A model generated the notes under the pieces. That model was given only the letters and a program-made list of their open reading frames with translations. It was not told the DNA's origin and made no database searches. A DNA stretch of 63,048 nucleotides from Eledone cirrhosa (Eukaryota), in the NCBI GenBank assembly GCA_964016885.1, contig CAXHJY010000465.1, forward strand, positions 1 to 63,048, written 5' to 3'. Shown here one piece after another: positions 24,460 through 38,859 of this stretch. The position numbers and the translations under genes are program-made. The stretch's first letter is position 1, and each line of letters opens with the position of its first letter.

Positions 24460-27400
24460 TTTCTACAATCTACAACTACCCTAGTATGTCTCTACAATTT
24501 ACATCTACCCCAGTATAATACTACAATCTAGAACTACACCCAGTATATCTCTACAATCTACAACTACCCCAGTATATCTTTACAATCTACAACTACCACA
24601 GTATATCTCTACAATCTACAACTAGCCAGTATATCACTACAATCTACAACTACCCCAGTATATCTCTACAATCTACAACTACCCCAGTATATCTACAATC
24701 TACAACTACCCCAGTATATCTCTACAATCTACAACTACCCCAGTATATCACTACAATCTACAACTACCCCAGTATATCACTACAATCTACAACTACCCCA
24801 GTATATCTCTACAATCTACAACTACCCCAGTTTATCTTTACAATCTACAACAACCACAGTATATCTCTACAATCTACAACTACCCCAGTATATCTACAAT
24901 ATACAACTACCCCAGTATATCTCTACAATCTACAACTACCCCAGTATATCTACAATCTACAACTACCCCATAATATCTACAATCTACAACTACCCCAGTA
25001 TATCTCTACAATCTACAACTACCCCAGTATATCTCTACAATCTACATCTACCCCAGTATATCTCTACAATCTACAACTACCCCAGTATATCTACAATCTA
25101 CAACTACCCCAGTATATCTACAATCTACAACTACCCCAGTATATCTCTACAATCTACAACTACCCCAGTATATCTCTACAATCTACAATAACCCCAGTAT
25201 ATCACTACAATCTACAACTACCCCAGTATATATCTACAATCTACAACTACCCCAGTATATCTCTACAATCTACAACTACCCCAGTATATCTCTACAATCT
25301 ACAACTATCCCAGTATATCACTACCATCTACAACTACCCCAGTATATATCTACAATCTACAACTACCCCAGTATATCTACAATCTACAACTACCCCAGTA
25401 TATCTCTACAATTAACAAATACCCCAGTATATCTCTACAATCTACAACTACCCCAGTATATCTACAATATACAACTACCCCAGTATATCACTACAATCTA
25501 CAACTATCCCAGTATATCTACAATCTACAACTACCCCAGTATATCTCTACAATCTACAACTACCCCAGTATATCTCTACAATCTACAACTACCCCAGTAT
25601 ATCACTACAATCTACAACTATCCCAGTATATCACTACAATCTACAACTACCCCAGTATATCTCCACAATCTACAACTATCCCAGTATATCTACAATCTAC
25701 AACTACCCCAGTATATCTCTACAATCTACAACTACCCCAGTATATCACTACAATCTACAACTACCCCAGTATATCTCCACAATCTACAACTACCCCAGTA
25801 TATCTCTACAATCTACAACTACCACAGTATATCTCTACAATCTACAACTACCCCAGTATATCTCTACTATCTACAACTACCACAGTATATCTACAATCTA
25901 TAACTACCCCAGTATATATCTACAATCTACAACTACCCCAGTATATCTCCACAATCTACAACTACCCCAGTATATCACTACAATCTACAACTACCCCAGT
26001 ATATCTCCACAATCTACAACTACCCCAGTATATCTCTACAATCTACAACTACCACAGTATATCTCTACAATCTACAACTACCCCAGTATATCACTACAAT
26101 CTACAACTACCCCAGTATATCACTACAATCTACAACTACCCCAGTATATCACTACAATATACAACTACCCCAGTATATCTCTACAATCTACAACTACCCC
26201 AGTATATCACTACAATCTACAACTACCCCAGTATATCACTACAATCTACAACTACCCCAGTATATCTCCACGATCTACAACTACCCCAGTATATCTTTAC
26301 AATCTACAACAACCACAGTATATCTCTACAATCTACAACTACCCCAGTATATATCTACAATCTACATCTACCCCAGTATATCTCTACAATATACAACTAC
26401 CCCAGTATATCTCTACAATCTACAACTATCCCAGTATATCTACAATCTACAACTACCCCAGTATATCTCTACAATCTACAACTACCCCAGTATATCTCTA
26501 CAATCTACAACTATCCCAGTATATCACTACAATCTACAACTACCCCAGTATATCACTACAATCTACAACTACCCCAGTATATCTCTACAATCTACAACTA
26601 TCCCAGTATATCACTACAATCTACAACTACCCCAGTATATATCTACAATCTACAACTACCCCAGTATATCTACAATCTACAACTACCCCAGTATATCTAC
26701 AATCTACAACTACCCCAGTATATCTCCACAATCTACAACTACCCCAGTATATCTTTACAATCTACAACTACCACAGTATATCTACAATCTACAACTACCC
26801 CAGTATATCACTACAATCTACAACTACCCCTGTATATCTCTACAATCTACAACTACCCCAGTATATCACTACAATCTACAACTACCCCAGTATATATCTG
26901 CAATCTACAACTACCCCAGTATATCTACAATCTACAACTACCCCAGTATATCTCTACAATCTACAACTACCCCAGTATATCTCTACAATCTACAACTACC
27001 CCAGTATATCACTACAATCTACAACTACCCCAGTATATATCTACAATCTACAACTACCCCAGTATATCTACAATCTACAACTACCCCAGTATATCACTAC
27101 AATCTATAACTACCCCAGTATATCTCTACAATTTACAACTACCCCAGTATATCACTACAATCTACAACTACCCCAGTATATATCTACAATCTACAACTAC
27201 CCCAGTATATCACTACAATCTACAACTGCCCCAGTATATCACTACAATCTACAACTACCCCAGTATATCTCTACAATCTACAACTACCCCAGTATATCTC
27301 TACAATATACAACTACCCCAGTATATCTACAATCTACAACTACCCCAGTATATCTCCACAATCTACAACTACCCCAGTATATATCTACAATCTACATCTA

Positions 27401-30400
27401 CCCCAGTATATCTCTACAATATACAACTACCCCAGTATATCTCTACAATCTACAACTATCCCAGTATATCTCTACAATCTACATTTACCCCAGTATATCA
27501 CTGCAATCTACAACTGCCCCAGTATATCACTACAATCTACAACTACCCCAGTATATCTCTACAATCTACAACTACCCCAGTATATATCTACAATCTACAA
27601 CTACCCCAGTATATCACTACAATCTACAACTGCCCCAGTATATCACTACAATCTACAACTACCCCAGTATATCTCTACAATCTACAACTACCCCAGTATA
27701 TCTCTACAATATACAACTACCCCAGTATAACTACAATCTACAACTACCCCAGTATATCTCTACAATCTACAACTACCCCAGTATATCTCTACAATCTACA
27801 TCTACCCCAGTATATCTCTACAATATACAACTACCCCAGTATATCTCTACAATCTACAACTATCCCAGTATATCTACAATCTACAACTACCCCAGTATAT
27901 CTCTACAATCTACAACTACCCCAGTATATCTCTACAATCTACAACTATCCCAGTATATCACTACAATCTACAACTACCCCAGTATATATCTACAATCTAC
28001 AACTACCCCAGTATATCTACAATCTACAACTACCCCAGTATATCTCCACAATCTACAACAGCCACAGTATATCTCTACAATCTACAACTACCCCAGTATA
28101 TCTCTACAATCTACAACAGCCACAGTATATCTCTACAATCTACAACTACCCCAGTATATCTCTACAATCTACATCTACCCCAGTATATCTCTACAATCTA
28201 CAACTACCCCAGTATATCTCTACAATCTACAACTATCCCAGTATATCTACAATCTACAACTACCCCAGTATATCTACAATCTACAACTATCCCAGTATAT
28301 CTCTACAATCTACAACTACCCAGTATATCTCTACAATCTACAACTATCCCAGTATATCTCTACAATCTACAACTACCCCAGTATATCACTACAATCGACA
28401 ACTACCCCAGTATATCTACAATCTACAACTACCCCAGTATATCTACAATCTACAACTACCCCAGTATATCTACAATCTACAACTATCCCAGTATATCTAC
28501 AATCTACAACTACCCAGTATATCTCTACAATCTACAACTATCCCAGTATATCTCTACAATCTACAACTACCCCAGTATATCTCTACAATCTACAACTACC
28601 CAGTATATCTCTACAATCTACAACTATCCCAGTATATCTCTACAATCTACAACTACCCAGTATATCTCTACAATCTACAACTACCCAGTATATCTCTACA
28701 ATCTACAACTACCCAGTATATCTCTACAATCTACAACTACCCAGTATATCTCTACAATCTACAACTACCCAGTATATCTCTACAATCTACAACTACCCAG
28801 TATATCTCTACAATCTACAACTATCCCAGTATATCTCTACAATCTACAACTACCCCGGTATATCACTACAATCTACAACTACCCAGTATATCTCTACAAT
28901 CTACAACTACCCCGGTATATCACTACAATCTACAACTATCCCAGTATATCTACAATCTACAACTACCCAGTATATCTCTACAATCTACAACTATCCCAGT
29001 ATATCTCTACAATCTACAACTACCACAGTATATCTCTACAATCTACAACTACCCCAGTATATCACTACAATCTACAACTACCCCGGTATATCACTACAAT
29101 CTACAACTACCCAGTATATCTCTACAATCTACAACTACCCAGTATATCTCTACAATCTACAACTACCCCAGTATATCTCTACAATCTACAACTACCCCAG
29201 TATATCTCTACAATCTACAACTACCCAGTATATCTCTACAATCTACAACTACCCAGTATATCTCTACAATCTACAACTACCCCAGTATATCTCCACAATC
29301 TACAACTACCCCAGTATATCTTTACAATCTACAACAACCACAGTATATCTCTACAATCTACAACTACCTCAGTATATCTACAATCTACAACTACCACAGT
29401 ATATCTCTACAATCTACATCTACCCCAGTATATCTCTACAATCTACAACTACCCCAGTATATCTACAATCTACAACTACCCCAGTATATCTACAATCGAC
29501 AACTACCCCAGTATATCTCTACAATCTACAACTACCCCAGTATATCTCTACAATCTACAACTACCCCAGTATATCACTACAATCTACAACTACCCCAGTA
29601 TATATCTACAATCTACAACTACCCCAGTATATCTCTACAATCTACAACTACCCCAGTATATCTCTACAATCTACAACTACCCCAGTATATCTCTACAATC
29701 TACAACTATCCCAGTATATCACTACAATCTACAACTACCCCAGTATATATCTACAATCTACAACTATCCCAGTATATCACTACAATCTACAACTACCCCA
29801 GTATATCTACAATCTACAACTACCCCAGTATATCTACAATCTACAACTACCCCAGTATATCTACAATCTACAACTACCCCAGTATATCTACAATATACAA
29901 CTACCCCAGTATATCTCTACAATCTACAACTATCCCAGTATATCACTACAATCTACAACTACCCCAGTATATCTCTACAATCTACAACTACCCCAGTATA
30001 TCTCTACAATCTACAACTATCCCAGTATATCTACAATCTACAACTACCCCAGTATATCTACAATCTACAACTACCCCAGTATATCTACAATCTACAACTA
30101 CCACAGTATATCTACAATCTACAACTACCCCTGTATATCTCTACAATCTACAACTACCCCAGTATATCTACAATCTACAACTACCCCAGCATATCTACAA
30201 TCTACAACTACCCCAGTATATCTACAATCTACAACTACCCCTGTATATCTCTACAATCTACAACTACCCCAGTATATCTACAATCTACAACTACCCCAGT
30301 ATATCTCTACAATCTACAACTATCCCAGTATATCTCTACAATCTACAACTGCCCCAGTATATATCTACAATCTACAACTACCCCAGTATATCTCTACAAT

Positions 30401-32092
30401 CTACAACTACCCCAGTATATCTACAATCTACAACTACCCCAGTATATCTGCAATCTACAACTACCCCAGTATAGCTACAATCTACAACTACCCCAGTATA
30501 TCACTACAATATACAACTACCCCAGTATATCTCTACAATCTACAACTACCCCAGTATATCTCTACAATCTACAACTACCACAGTATATCTACAATATACA
30601 ACTACCCCAGTATATCTCTACAATCTACAACTACCACAGTATATCTCTACAATCTACAACTACCCCAGTATATCACTACAATCTACAACTACCCCAGTAT
30701 ATCACTACAATCTACAACTACCCCAGTATATCACTACAATCTACAACTACCCCAGTATATCACTACAATCTACAACTACCCCAGTATATCACTACAATAT
30801 ACAACTACCCCAGTATATCTCTACAATCTACAACTACCCCAGTATATCTACAATCTACAACTACCCCAGTATATCACTACAATCTACAACTGCCCCAGTA
30901 TATCACTACAATCTACAACTACCCCAGTATATCTCTACAATCTACAACTACCCCAGTATATATCTACAATCTACAACTACCCCAGTATATCTCCACGATC
31001 TACAACTACCCCAGTATATCTTTACAATCTATAACAACCACAGTATATATCTACAATCTACATCTACCCCAGTATATCTCTACAATATACAACTACCCCA
31101 GTATATCTCTACAATCTACAACTATCCCAGTATATCTACAATCTACAACTACCCCAGTATATCTCCACGATCTACAACTACCCCAGTATATCTCTACAAT
31201 CTACAACTACCCCAGTATATCTCTACAATCTACAACTACCCCAGTATATCTCTACAATCTACAACTATCCCAGTATATCTCTACAATATACAACTATCCC
31301 AGTATATCTCTACAATCTACAACTACCCCAGTATATCTACAATCTACAACTACCCCAGTATATCACTACAATATACAACTACCCCAGTATATCACTACAA
31401 TCTACAACTACCACAGTATATCTACAATCTACAACTACCCCAGTATATCACTACAATCTACAACTACCCCAGTATATCTCTACAATCTACAACTACCTCA
31501 GTATATCTCTACAATCTACAACTACCCCAGTATATCTACAATCTACAACTACCCCAGTATATATCTACAATCTACAACTACCCCAGTATATATCTACAAT
31601 CTACAACTACCCCAGTATATCTATAATCTACAACTACCCCAGTATATCTCTACAATCTACAACTACCCCAGTATATCACTACAATCTACAACTACCCCAG
31701 TATATCTCTACAATATACAATTACCCCAGTATATCTCCACAATCTACAACTATCCCAGTATATCTACAATCTACAACTACCCCAGTATATCTACAATCTA
31801 CAACTACCCCAGTATATCACTACAATCTACAACTACCCCAGTATATCTCTACAATCTACAACTACCCCAGTATATCACTACAATCTACAACTGCCCCAGT
31901 ATATCACTACAATCTACAACTACCCCAGTATATCTCTACAATCTACAACTACCCCAGTATATCTCTACAATCTACAACTACCCCAGTATATCTCTACAAT
32001 CTACAACTACCCCAGTATATCTCTACAATCTACAACTACCCCAGTATATCGCTACAATCTACAACTGCCCCAGTATATCACTACAACTACCC
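24460..32092. repeat. 7.6-kb satellite, 27-29-bp unit CTACAATCTACAACTACCCCAGTATATCT, ~265 copies
   Basis: Directly visible; strong strand asymmetry with about one G per unit on +. Confidence 0.98.
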
Positions 32093-32147
32093 ACCCTTCA
32101 CAAACACACAATCCTGTTTAATATTTCTCTCATTATTACCTTTACAG

Positions 32148-32337
32148 TGCGGTGGATTGGCAGTATCGGTAGAGGGTCGGACACCATGCTTTCCAGCATA
32201 TTTACGTCCCTTTACGGTCTGTGTTCAAATCCCGCCGAGGTTTACTTTGCCTTTCATCCTTACGGGGTCGATAAAATAAAGTACCAGTAATGTACTGGGA
32301 TAATTGCTGGCCTTGTGCCTAAAGTAGAAACAAGTAT
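32148..32337 (+). mobile_element. SINE family A
   Basis: GCGGTGGATTGGCAGTATCGGTAGAG..GTTCAAATCCCGCCGAGG..GTCGATAAAATAAAGTACCAG. Confidence 0.88.
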
Positions 32338-32659
32338 TACCTTTACAGTTTATCTCCCAATTCACTACATGTATTTCACATGTTCTTCCTTGTAACTTCT
32401 CAATAGTTATTAACGTCATTACTGAAGCAATTTATTATTATGAACTTTACTAATTAATCTTCTGAGTTCATTAAGATCAATGGCGTTATTAACGGTTTAA
32501 TCAGACCTTCCATTAAGACGTTATTTAATAGATTATTATAAGAATGTGCTGGCTCATTAGTTTAACAATGTTTTCTAGTAGATTTATTCCTTATTCATTA
32601 GGCTTTTTATATATATGTATATATATGTCTGTACGAATGTATGTATATATGTACGTACC

Positions 32660-32777
<118 letters not shown>

Positions 32778-32877
32778 TGTGTGTGCGCCATAAACCACTA
32801 AAGATTCTACTCCTATCTAGAAAAGATTGTATTATAAAAAAACCTGCTTGACCTGGGGCCAAACAACAACAACAATA

Positions 32878-32910
<33 letters not shown>

Positions 32911-32954
32911 GTTATTTCAAGAAGCCCTGCAGTTATCAGTAGAAATCACGTACT

Positions 32955-33420
32955 ATGTAACCACCAGTACCATTATTACCGGTTCCACCACTATGTCCAC
33001 CACCACCACATCTATAGTTACCACCACAACCACCATCACCACTACTATGTCCACCACCACCACCACAACCACCATCACCACGACTATGTCCACCACCACC
33101 ACATCTATAGCTACCACCACAACCACCATCACGTCCACCACCACTATAACCACCACCACGACAACCACAATTATCACCACCACCATCACCACCACTAGAA
33201 CCACCACCACCACCACGGCCACATCTATAACTACCACCACAACCACCACCACTAGAACTACCACCACCACCACCACAACCACAACCATATCCATAACTAC
33301 CACCACAACCACAACCATAACTACCACCACTACCACCACCGCCACCACAACCATAATTACCACCCCCACCTCCATCCTCACTTTAATGACCGCCTCGAAC
33401 CATCCCTGACACATCTACTA
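32955..33420. repeat. Imperfect (ACC/CAC)n repeat with higher-order duplication
   Basis: Directly visible. Confidence 0.9.
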
Positions 33421-33768
33421 GCATCAACATACCCCAATCAACCACTTTCTATTTCAACCATCTTTTCAAATATCTATAGCAGCCAACCTTAACCGCCATT
33501 ACAACCCTCCATTTCTATACTATATCACTATATCTTCTCTACATCGCTGAGTCCCGTTAACTTGCCTTAAGGCGACGGTAATTTTCCCTCGAAAATGTTC
33601 AACTTTTACTTCCCCTATTAACTTCCGCCATTGTCTGCTCACCTATTCACCTGTTTCTCTATTCAGCCATTCACATGTTCATTTCTAACACGTAGCAGTA
33701 ATACCTTCATATTTCTCAGATGCATTCAGTGAGATGCAGTAGCTTTCTTTAGCTATCATGCTTCATAA

Positions 33769-33781
33769 CACACACACACAC

Positions 33782-33849
<68 letters not shown>

Positions 33850-34180
33850 ATAGATATATATACATATATATATCTATATATACGTGTGTGTGTGTCTGTG
33901 TATGGGTGTGTGTGTATACATATATATACATATATATATATGTATATATATATGCATATATATATACATATATATATATGCATATATATATACATATATA
34001 TATATGCATGTATATATACATACATACCAATACCCAAAGAAAAATATATTAAGAATGAGTGTATGCGCGTGTGCATACACACTCATATATATAGAGATAG
34101 ATAGAGAGGGGGGGCGAGAAAGAGAGAGAGATGTGAGAGAAGGGAGAGGGGACGGGAGAGAGAGGAGAGAGTGTAGATAA
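33769..34180. repeat. (TA)n, (TG)n and (GA)n compound microsatellites
   Basis: Directly visible. Confidence 0.9.
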
Positions 34181-34361
34181 CTGAAATTGTCTGCCGAATT
34201 TGCATAATATTATATTGCCAACTTAATTAATTGAACAGAGTTTATATTTGAAGATTAAGAATTCTTTCCAGACTGGCCGAATCAGCTCAATTGAACTTCC
34301 TGTTTGACATGAAGGACAAATGTTATAAAACTCTTGTTTAGGTCATAACATAGAGGTAGCC

Positions 34362-34402
34362 ATCTTCTGATGAAGACAACAACTTTTGAAACGTGTAAAG
34401 AT
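34362..34402 (+). ncRNA. Minimal type I hammerhead ribozyme, stem II weakened
   Basis: ATCTT-CTGATGA-AGACAACAACTTTT-GAAAC GT GTA-AAGAT; perfect 5-bp stem I; about 30 nt upstream of a (GA)n tract. Confidence 0.62.
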
Positions 34403-34427
34403 AATCTCTTGTTTTTCTTTGTGTACA

Positions 34428-34473
<46 letters not shown>

Positions 34474-34580
34474 GAGAGAGAGAGAGAGTAATAGAAAGTG
34501 AGTTTACACTTTTCGGGCAAGACTAATTTGCATATTTATCAATAATTCTGTTGCTTGAATATTATTAATGAATGTAAAAA

Positions 34581-34772
34581 GGGCGGTGGATTGGCAGTAT
34601 CGGTAGAGGGTCGGACGACATGCTTTGACGCATAGAGTTACGGACTTTTATGTTCCGAGTTCAAATCCCGCCGAGGTTAACTTTGCCTTTCATCCTTAAG
34701 GGGTCGATAAAATAAAGTACCAGTAATGTACTGGGTATTTGCTGACCTTGTGCCAAAAATAGAAACAATTAT
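34581..34772 (+). mobile_element. SINE family A
   Basis: Full A box, B box and central domain. Confidence 0.88.
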
Positions 34773-35078
34773 TAATAAATGTAATTTTTGGACTGAGTGA
34801 TATATTGTAAAATAATCGTCTGTAAAAGAAACAAATATTTAATATTTAATAAGATGTGTTTCTGTGAGTTTAAAGGTTGAGGTGGTCTCTTTCACTCATT
34901 GTATACATCTCTTTCGGTCTTCTCGGCTCTCACTATTATATGTAAATGGGAGCCCACGCGGGGCCGCCCCAAAACGGAGAAAACTTTCTCCGGAGAATGG
35001 TGAGGGAGACGGGTTGGTAGAGTCATTCCAGCTCGGGGGGCTCACGAGGCTACCTGTGGGTAGCCAACACCGTAACGA

Positions 35079-35954
35079 TGGTGGTGAGTAGGGAGGTGGT
35101 CCTAGGGCCAACAACACCAGAGGTCTCCATTGCTACAGGGTGCCGGTGGTGGTGAGTAGGGAGGTGGTCCTAGGGCCAACAACACCAGAGGTCTCCATTG
35201 CTACGGGATGCCGGTGGTGGTGAGTAGGGAGGCGGTCCTAGGGCCAACAACACCAGAGGTCTCCATTGCTACAGGGTGCCGGTGGTGGTGAGTAGGGAGG
35301 TAGTCCTACGGCCAACAACACCAGAGGTCTCCACTGCTACAGGGTGCCGGTGGTGGTGAGTAGGGAGGTGGTCCTAGGGCCAACAACACCAGAGGTCTCC
35401 ATTGCTACGGGATGCCGGTGGTGGTGAGTAGGGAGGCGGTCCTAGGGCCAACAACACCAGAGGTCTCCATTGCTACAGGGTGTCGGTGGTGGTGAGTAGG
35501 GAGGTGGTCCTAGGGCCAACAACACCAGAGGTCTCCATTGCTACGGGGTGCCGGTGGTGGTGAGTAGGGAGGTGGTCCTAGGGCCAACAACACCAGATGT
35601 CTCCACTGCTACGGGGTGCCGGTGGTGGTGAGTAGGGAGGTGGTCCTAGGGCCAACAACACCAGAGGTCTCCACTGCTACAGGGTGCCGGTGGTGGTGAG
35701 TAGGGAGGTGGTCCTAGGGCCAACAACACCAGAGGTCTCCACTGCTACAGGGTGCCGGTGGTGGTGAGTAGGGAGGTGGTCCTAGGGCCAACAACACCAG
35801 AGGTCTCCACTGCTACAGGGTGCCGGTGGTGGTGAGTAGGGAGGTGGTCCTAGGGATAACAACACCAGAGGTCTCCACTGCTACGGGGTGCCGGTGGTGG
35901 TGAGTAGGGAGGTGGTCCTAGGGATAACAACACCAGAGGTCTCCACTGCTACAG
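35079..35954. repeat. GC-rich 68-bp minisatellite, ~13 copies
   Basis: Unit GGTGGTGGTGAGTAGGGAGGTGGTCCTAGGGCCAACAACACCAGAGGTCTCCA(T/C)TGCTACAGGGTGCC. Confidence 0.97.
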
Positions 35955-36569
35955 TTAGACCGCAAACCTACCGGAGAGCGATCGATATTTGGAGTGCTTA
36001 CCCTCCTCGGCCCGAAATGCAGCAGAGCTGGAGATGCAAGGTTTCCAATAGAAACTGTTAGATTTATCAGCATTAATAAATTATAGGTTGTCGTGCTAAA
36101 TCTGTGAGTTACGTTAAGAATAATATTTATGATAGTTAGAACTGAGGACAACTGAGGACACCTGAGAACTTGTAAAAACAAATTCACGGTTATTCACGAT
36201 ACAACGCAATAAATTATTTCGTCATTTTCTCCATAGAAAAAAGATATTGTAAAAAAAAGGTGGATGAGAAACATTTGTAGATCTAAAGCCGGGAAAAAAT
36301 GTTTTAGTTGGGATAATGTATATTTTTCAGCATCTGTTCTTTTGTTCAGAAAATGTATTACATATAATAGAGATCAATGGGATCTTTCAAAGTGTCAGCC
36401 ATCTATCTGCTACACTGTGTTTCTAACGTTGCCGATAATGTAGAAACGGGTTCCTTGCCTCTCCTGGTTGTATTCATGAAAACAAGCTGTTTCAACTGTT
36501 TTCTCTCTAGCTTGTGTATATACACACCTTGTTCCTACATTATCTTGTTATCACTTTCTCATTCCTTTC

Positions 36570-37050
36570 AAATTGCTGGCCTTGTGCCAAAAGTAGAAAC
36601 AATTATTATTACGAACCTTTAAAGGGAGGTGGATTGGCAGTAGGATTGGTAGAGCTTTGCGGCATATAGTGACGGCCCTTTACGTTCTGAGTGCAAATCT
36701 CGCCGAGGTTAGCTTTACCTTTCATCTTTACGGGCTCGACAAAATAAAGTACCAGTAATGTACTGGAGACGATTTAATCGACTTTCAACTCCCTACAAAT
36801 TACTGGCTTTCTGTCTAAATCAGAAAGTATTATTTAGCCCCTTAGGGGGGTGGAGTGTTTAAAGTGTTTGAGAAAATCTTTGAGATATTTGTTTCGGCTC
36901 TTTACGTTCTGAGTTCAACTTCCATCGAGGGTAACTTTACCTTACATCTTCCAGAGATTGATAAAATAAAGTACCAGTCGCGAACTGGGGTCTATTGACT
37001 TTCCCCTCCCCATAGAATTGCTAATCTTGTGTCTAAATGAGAAACTACTA
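36570..37050 (+). mobile_element. Cluster of tandem SINE A copies (a tail plus two copies)
   Basis: Repeated TTTACGTTCTGAGT..AAAATAAAGTACCAGT at about 36680-36755 and 36900-36978. Confidence 0.78.
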
Positions 37051-37259
37051 TTGTTCCTGTGCAATAGTCAACTATAATGTGCCAGATACTTTCCCCCATA
37101 GTTTAATGGTTAAGTTTATCATCTCCAGAATCTTGCTGGCCTCCTCCATCATTTCTTATATTTATGCTGCGTTCATTATGATGTTTTACACCAAACTAAA
37201 TGGTATAAAGTTCTCGAGCTTTTTACATGTCGTACCTCTAGCATGTTATATACGTGAGT

Positions 37260-37760
37260 GGGATCTCCATCGGCTGCGGCGACGAGTGTTCCAGTTGATT
37301 CGAGCAACAGAACAGCCTGCTCTTGAAATTAACGTGCAAGAGGCTGAACATTCCACAGACACGTGTGACATTAACGTAGTTCTCGGGGAGATTCAGTGTG
37401 ACACAGTGTGGGATATGGCTGAGTATTCCACAGACACGTGTGACATTAACGTAGTTCTCGGGGAGATTCGGTGTGACACTGTGTATGATATGGCTGAGTA
37501 TTCCACAGACATATGTACCTTTAACGTAGATCTCAGGGAGATCCAATGTGACACAGTGTATGATACGGCTGGTCCACTTGTAATTCCAGGTACAACTCAT
37601 GTTTGTCAGCTGAGTAGAGCAACGTTAAAGTCTCGTGTTTAAGGACACAACGTTAAATAAAGTCTCGTGTTTAAGAACACAACGCGCCGTCGGGAATCGA
37701 ACGCATACCCTTCCAATCACGAGGTTAACACCTCAACAACTAATCAACGAATCTTCACAA
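37260..37760 (-). mobile_element. CORE-like SINE with an internal 75-bp segment triplicated
   Basis: Head GTTCGATTCCCGACGG on minus; tail shared with 57303-57610; 75-bp period at 37343, 37418 and 37493. Confidence 0.75.
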
Positions 37761-37907
37761 CACATGATATATATATGCTAATAATAGCTGACATTCTGGC
37801 ATATAGTATATAATATGATTTACAATATTAGCATTTAATTCATAATAAATAATAGCTATTAGATTTAATTAGTCTAATTTAATATATTATTGTCAATGAG
37901 TAGAACT

Positions 37908-37961
37908 TTGAAGGCAGAAGAACCATAAATATTATACACAAAAACGTTACACCCACACACA

Positions 37962-37999
<38 letters not shown>

Positions 38000-38060
38000 T
38001 GTGTGTGTGTGAGGGTGTAACGTTTTTGTGTATAATATTTATGGTTCTTCTGCCTTCAAA
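37908..38060. repeat. Palindrome centred on (TA)n, ~57-bp arms
   Basis: TTTGAAGGCAGAAGAACCATAAATATTATACACAAAAACGTTACACCC and its reverse complement. Confidence 0.92.
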
Positions 38061-38077
38061 TATATATATATATATAT

Positions 38078-38275
38078 AAAATGCAACTGGAGTCTTATTT
38101 TTAAAAACATATATATATTTATTTGGTTCCTTTACAGGTTTTGCAGTTCTTCTGCTTTTCAAAAGCAGAGTTGAGATGGAGGGTCTGTGGGTTTTTCTCA
38201 CAACTCAAATAAATATATATATATTTTTTTAAATAAGACTCCAGTTGCATTTTCGATTTCATCTTTTTTTCTTTA
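38078..38275 (-). mobile_element. Second copy of the 3643 pLTR family with an inverted 3' segment (38207-38275)
   Basis: AAATGCAACTGGAGTCTTATTT and its reverse complement AAATAAGACTCCAGTTGCATTT; homology to 3700-3850. Confidence 0.7.
38129..38166 (-). ncRNA. Decayed U3-A8 hammerhead (GAAA mutated to AAAA)
   Basis: GCTT-TTGAAAA-GCAG AAGAA CTGC-AAAA-CCT-GTA-AAGG. Confidence 0.45.
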
Positions 38276-38489
38276 TGTATATATATATATATATAACCGT
38301 TGCAATTAACTCAACTGGATTTTTAAAGATTAAAATGAATTGAAGGATAACTTGATAATAGCTGCGAATTTAACGACTTGAAGTTGGTTAATATATTATA
38401 TAAATAGGAAGCGTTTATATGATATTCATACAAATGCTTAGATCTACTGAAGTTTTTTAATGCAGTTTTCTACGGTTTACAAACCAAAA

Positions 38490-38697
38490 ATCCACAAGGC
38501 CGTACATTTTGGGGGAATGCACAGTTGATTAAATCGACACTATTACTTGACTGGTAGCTATCTTATCAAATCCAAGAATAATGAAAGTCGAAGCGCAACC
38601 CGACCAGATTTGAACTCTAAATGTAAAAGGACGTAATTGAATACCGCAAGGCATTTTTCGGATGGCACTTTATTGGTTCTGCCATGAACCGCTCCAC
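38490..38697 (-). mobile_element. SINE family A, diverged
   Basis: CACAAGGCC..TGACTGGTA..AGATTTGAACTCT..GGACGTAA..CTGCCATGAACCGC. Confidence 0.7.
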
Positions 38698-38817
38698 TTT
38701 ATACAAATATTGATGCAAATTTTCAAATTTTATTAAAATTTTAAAATACTTGAAGCATGCGGTGAAATGTTATATTATTAATAAAATAAATCAGTTGAGT
38801 GCAAGTTTGTGTGTATA

Positions 38818-38859
<42 letters not shown>

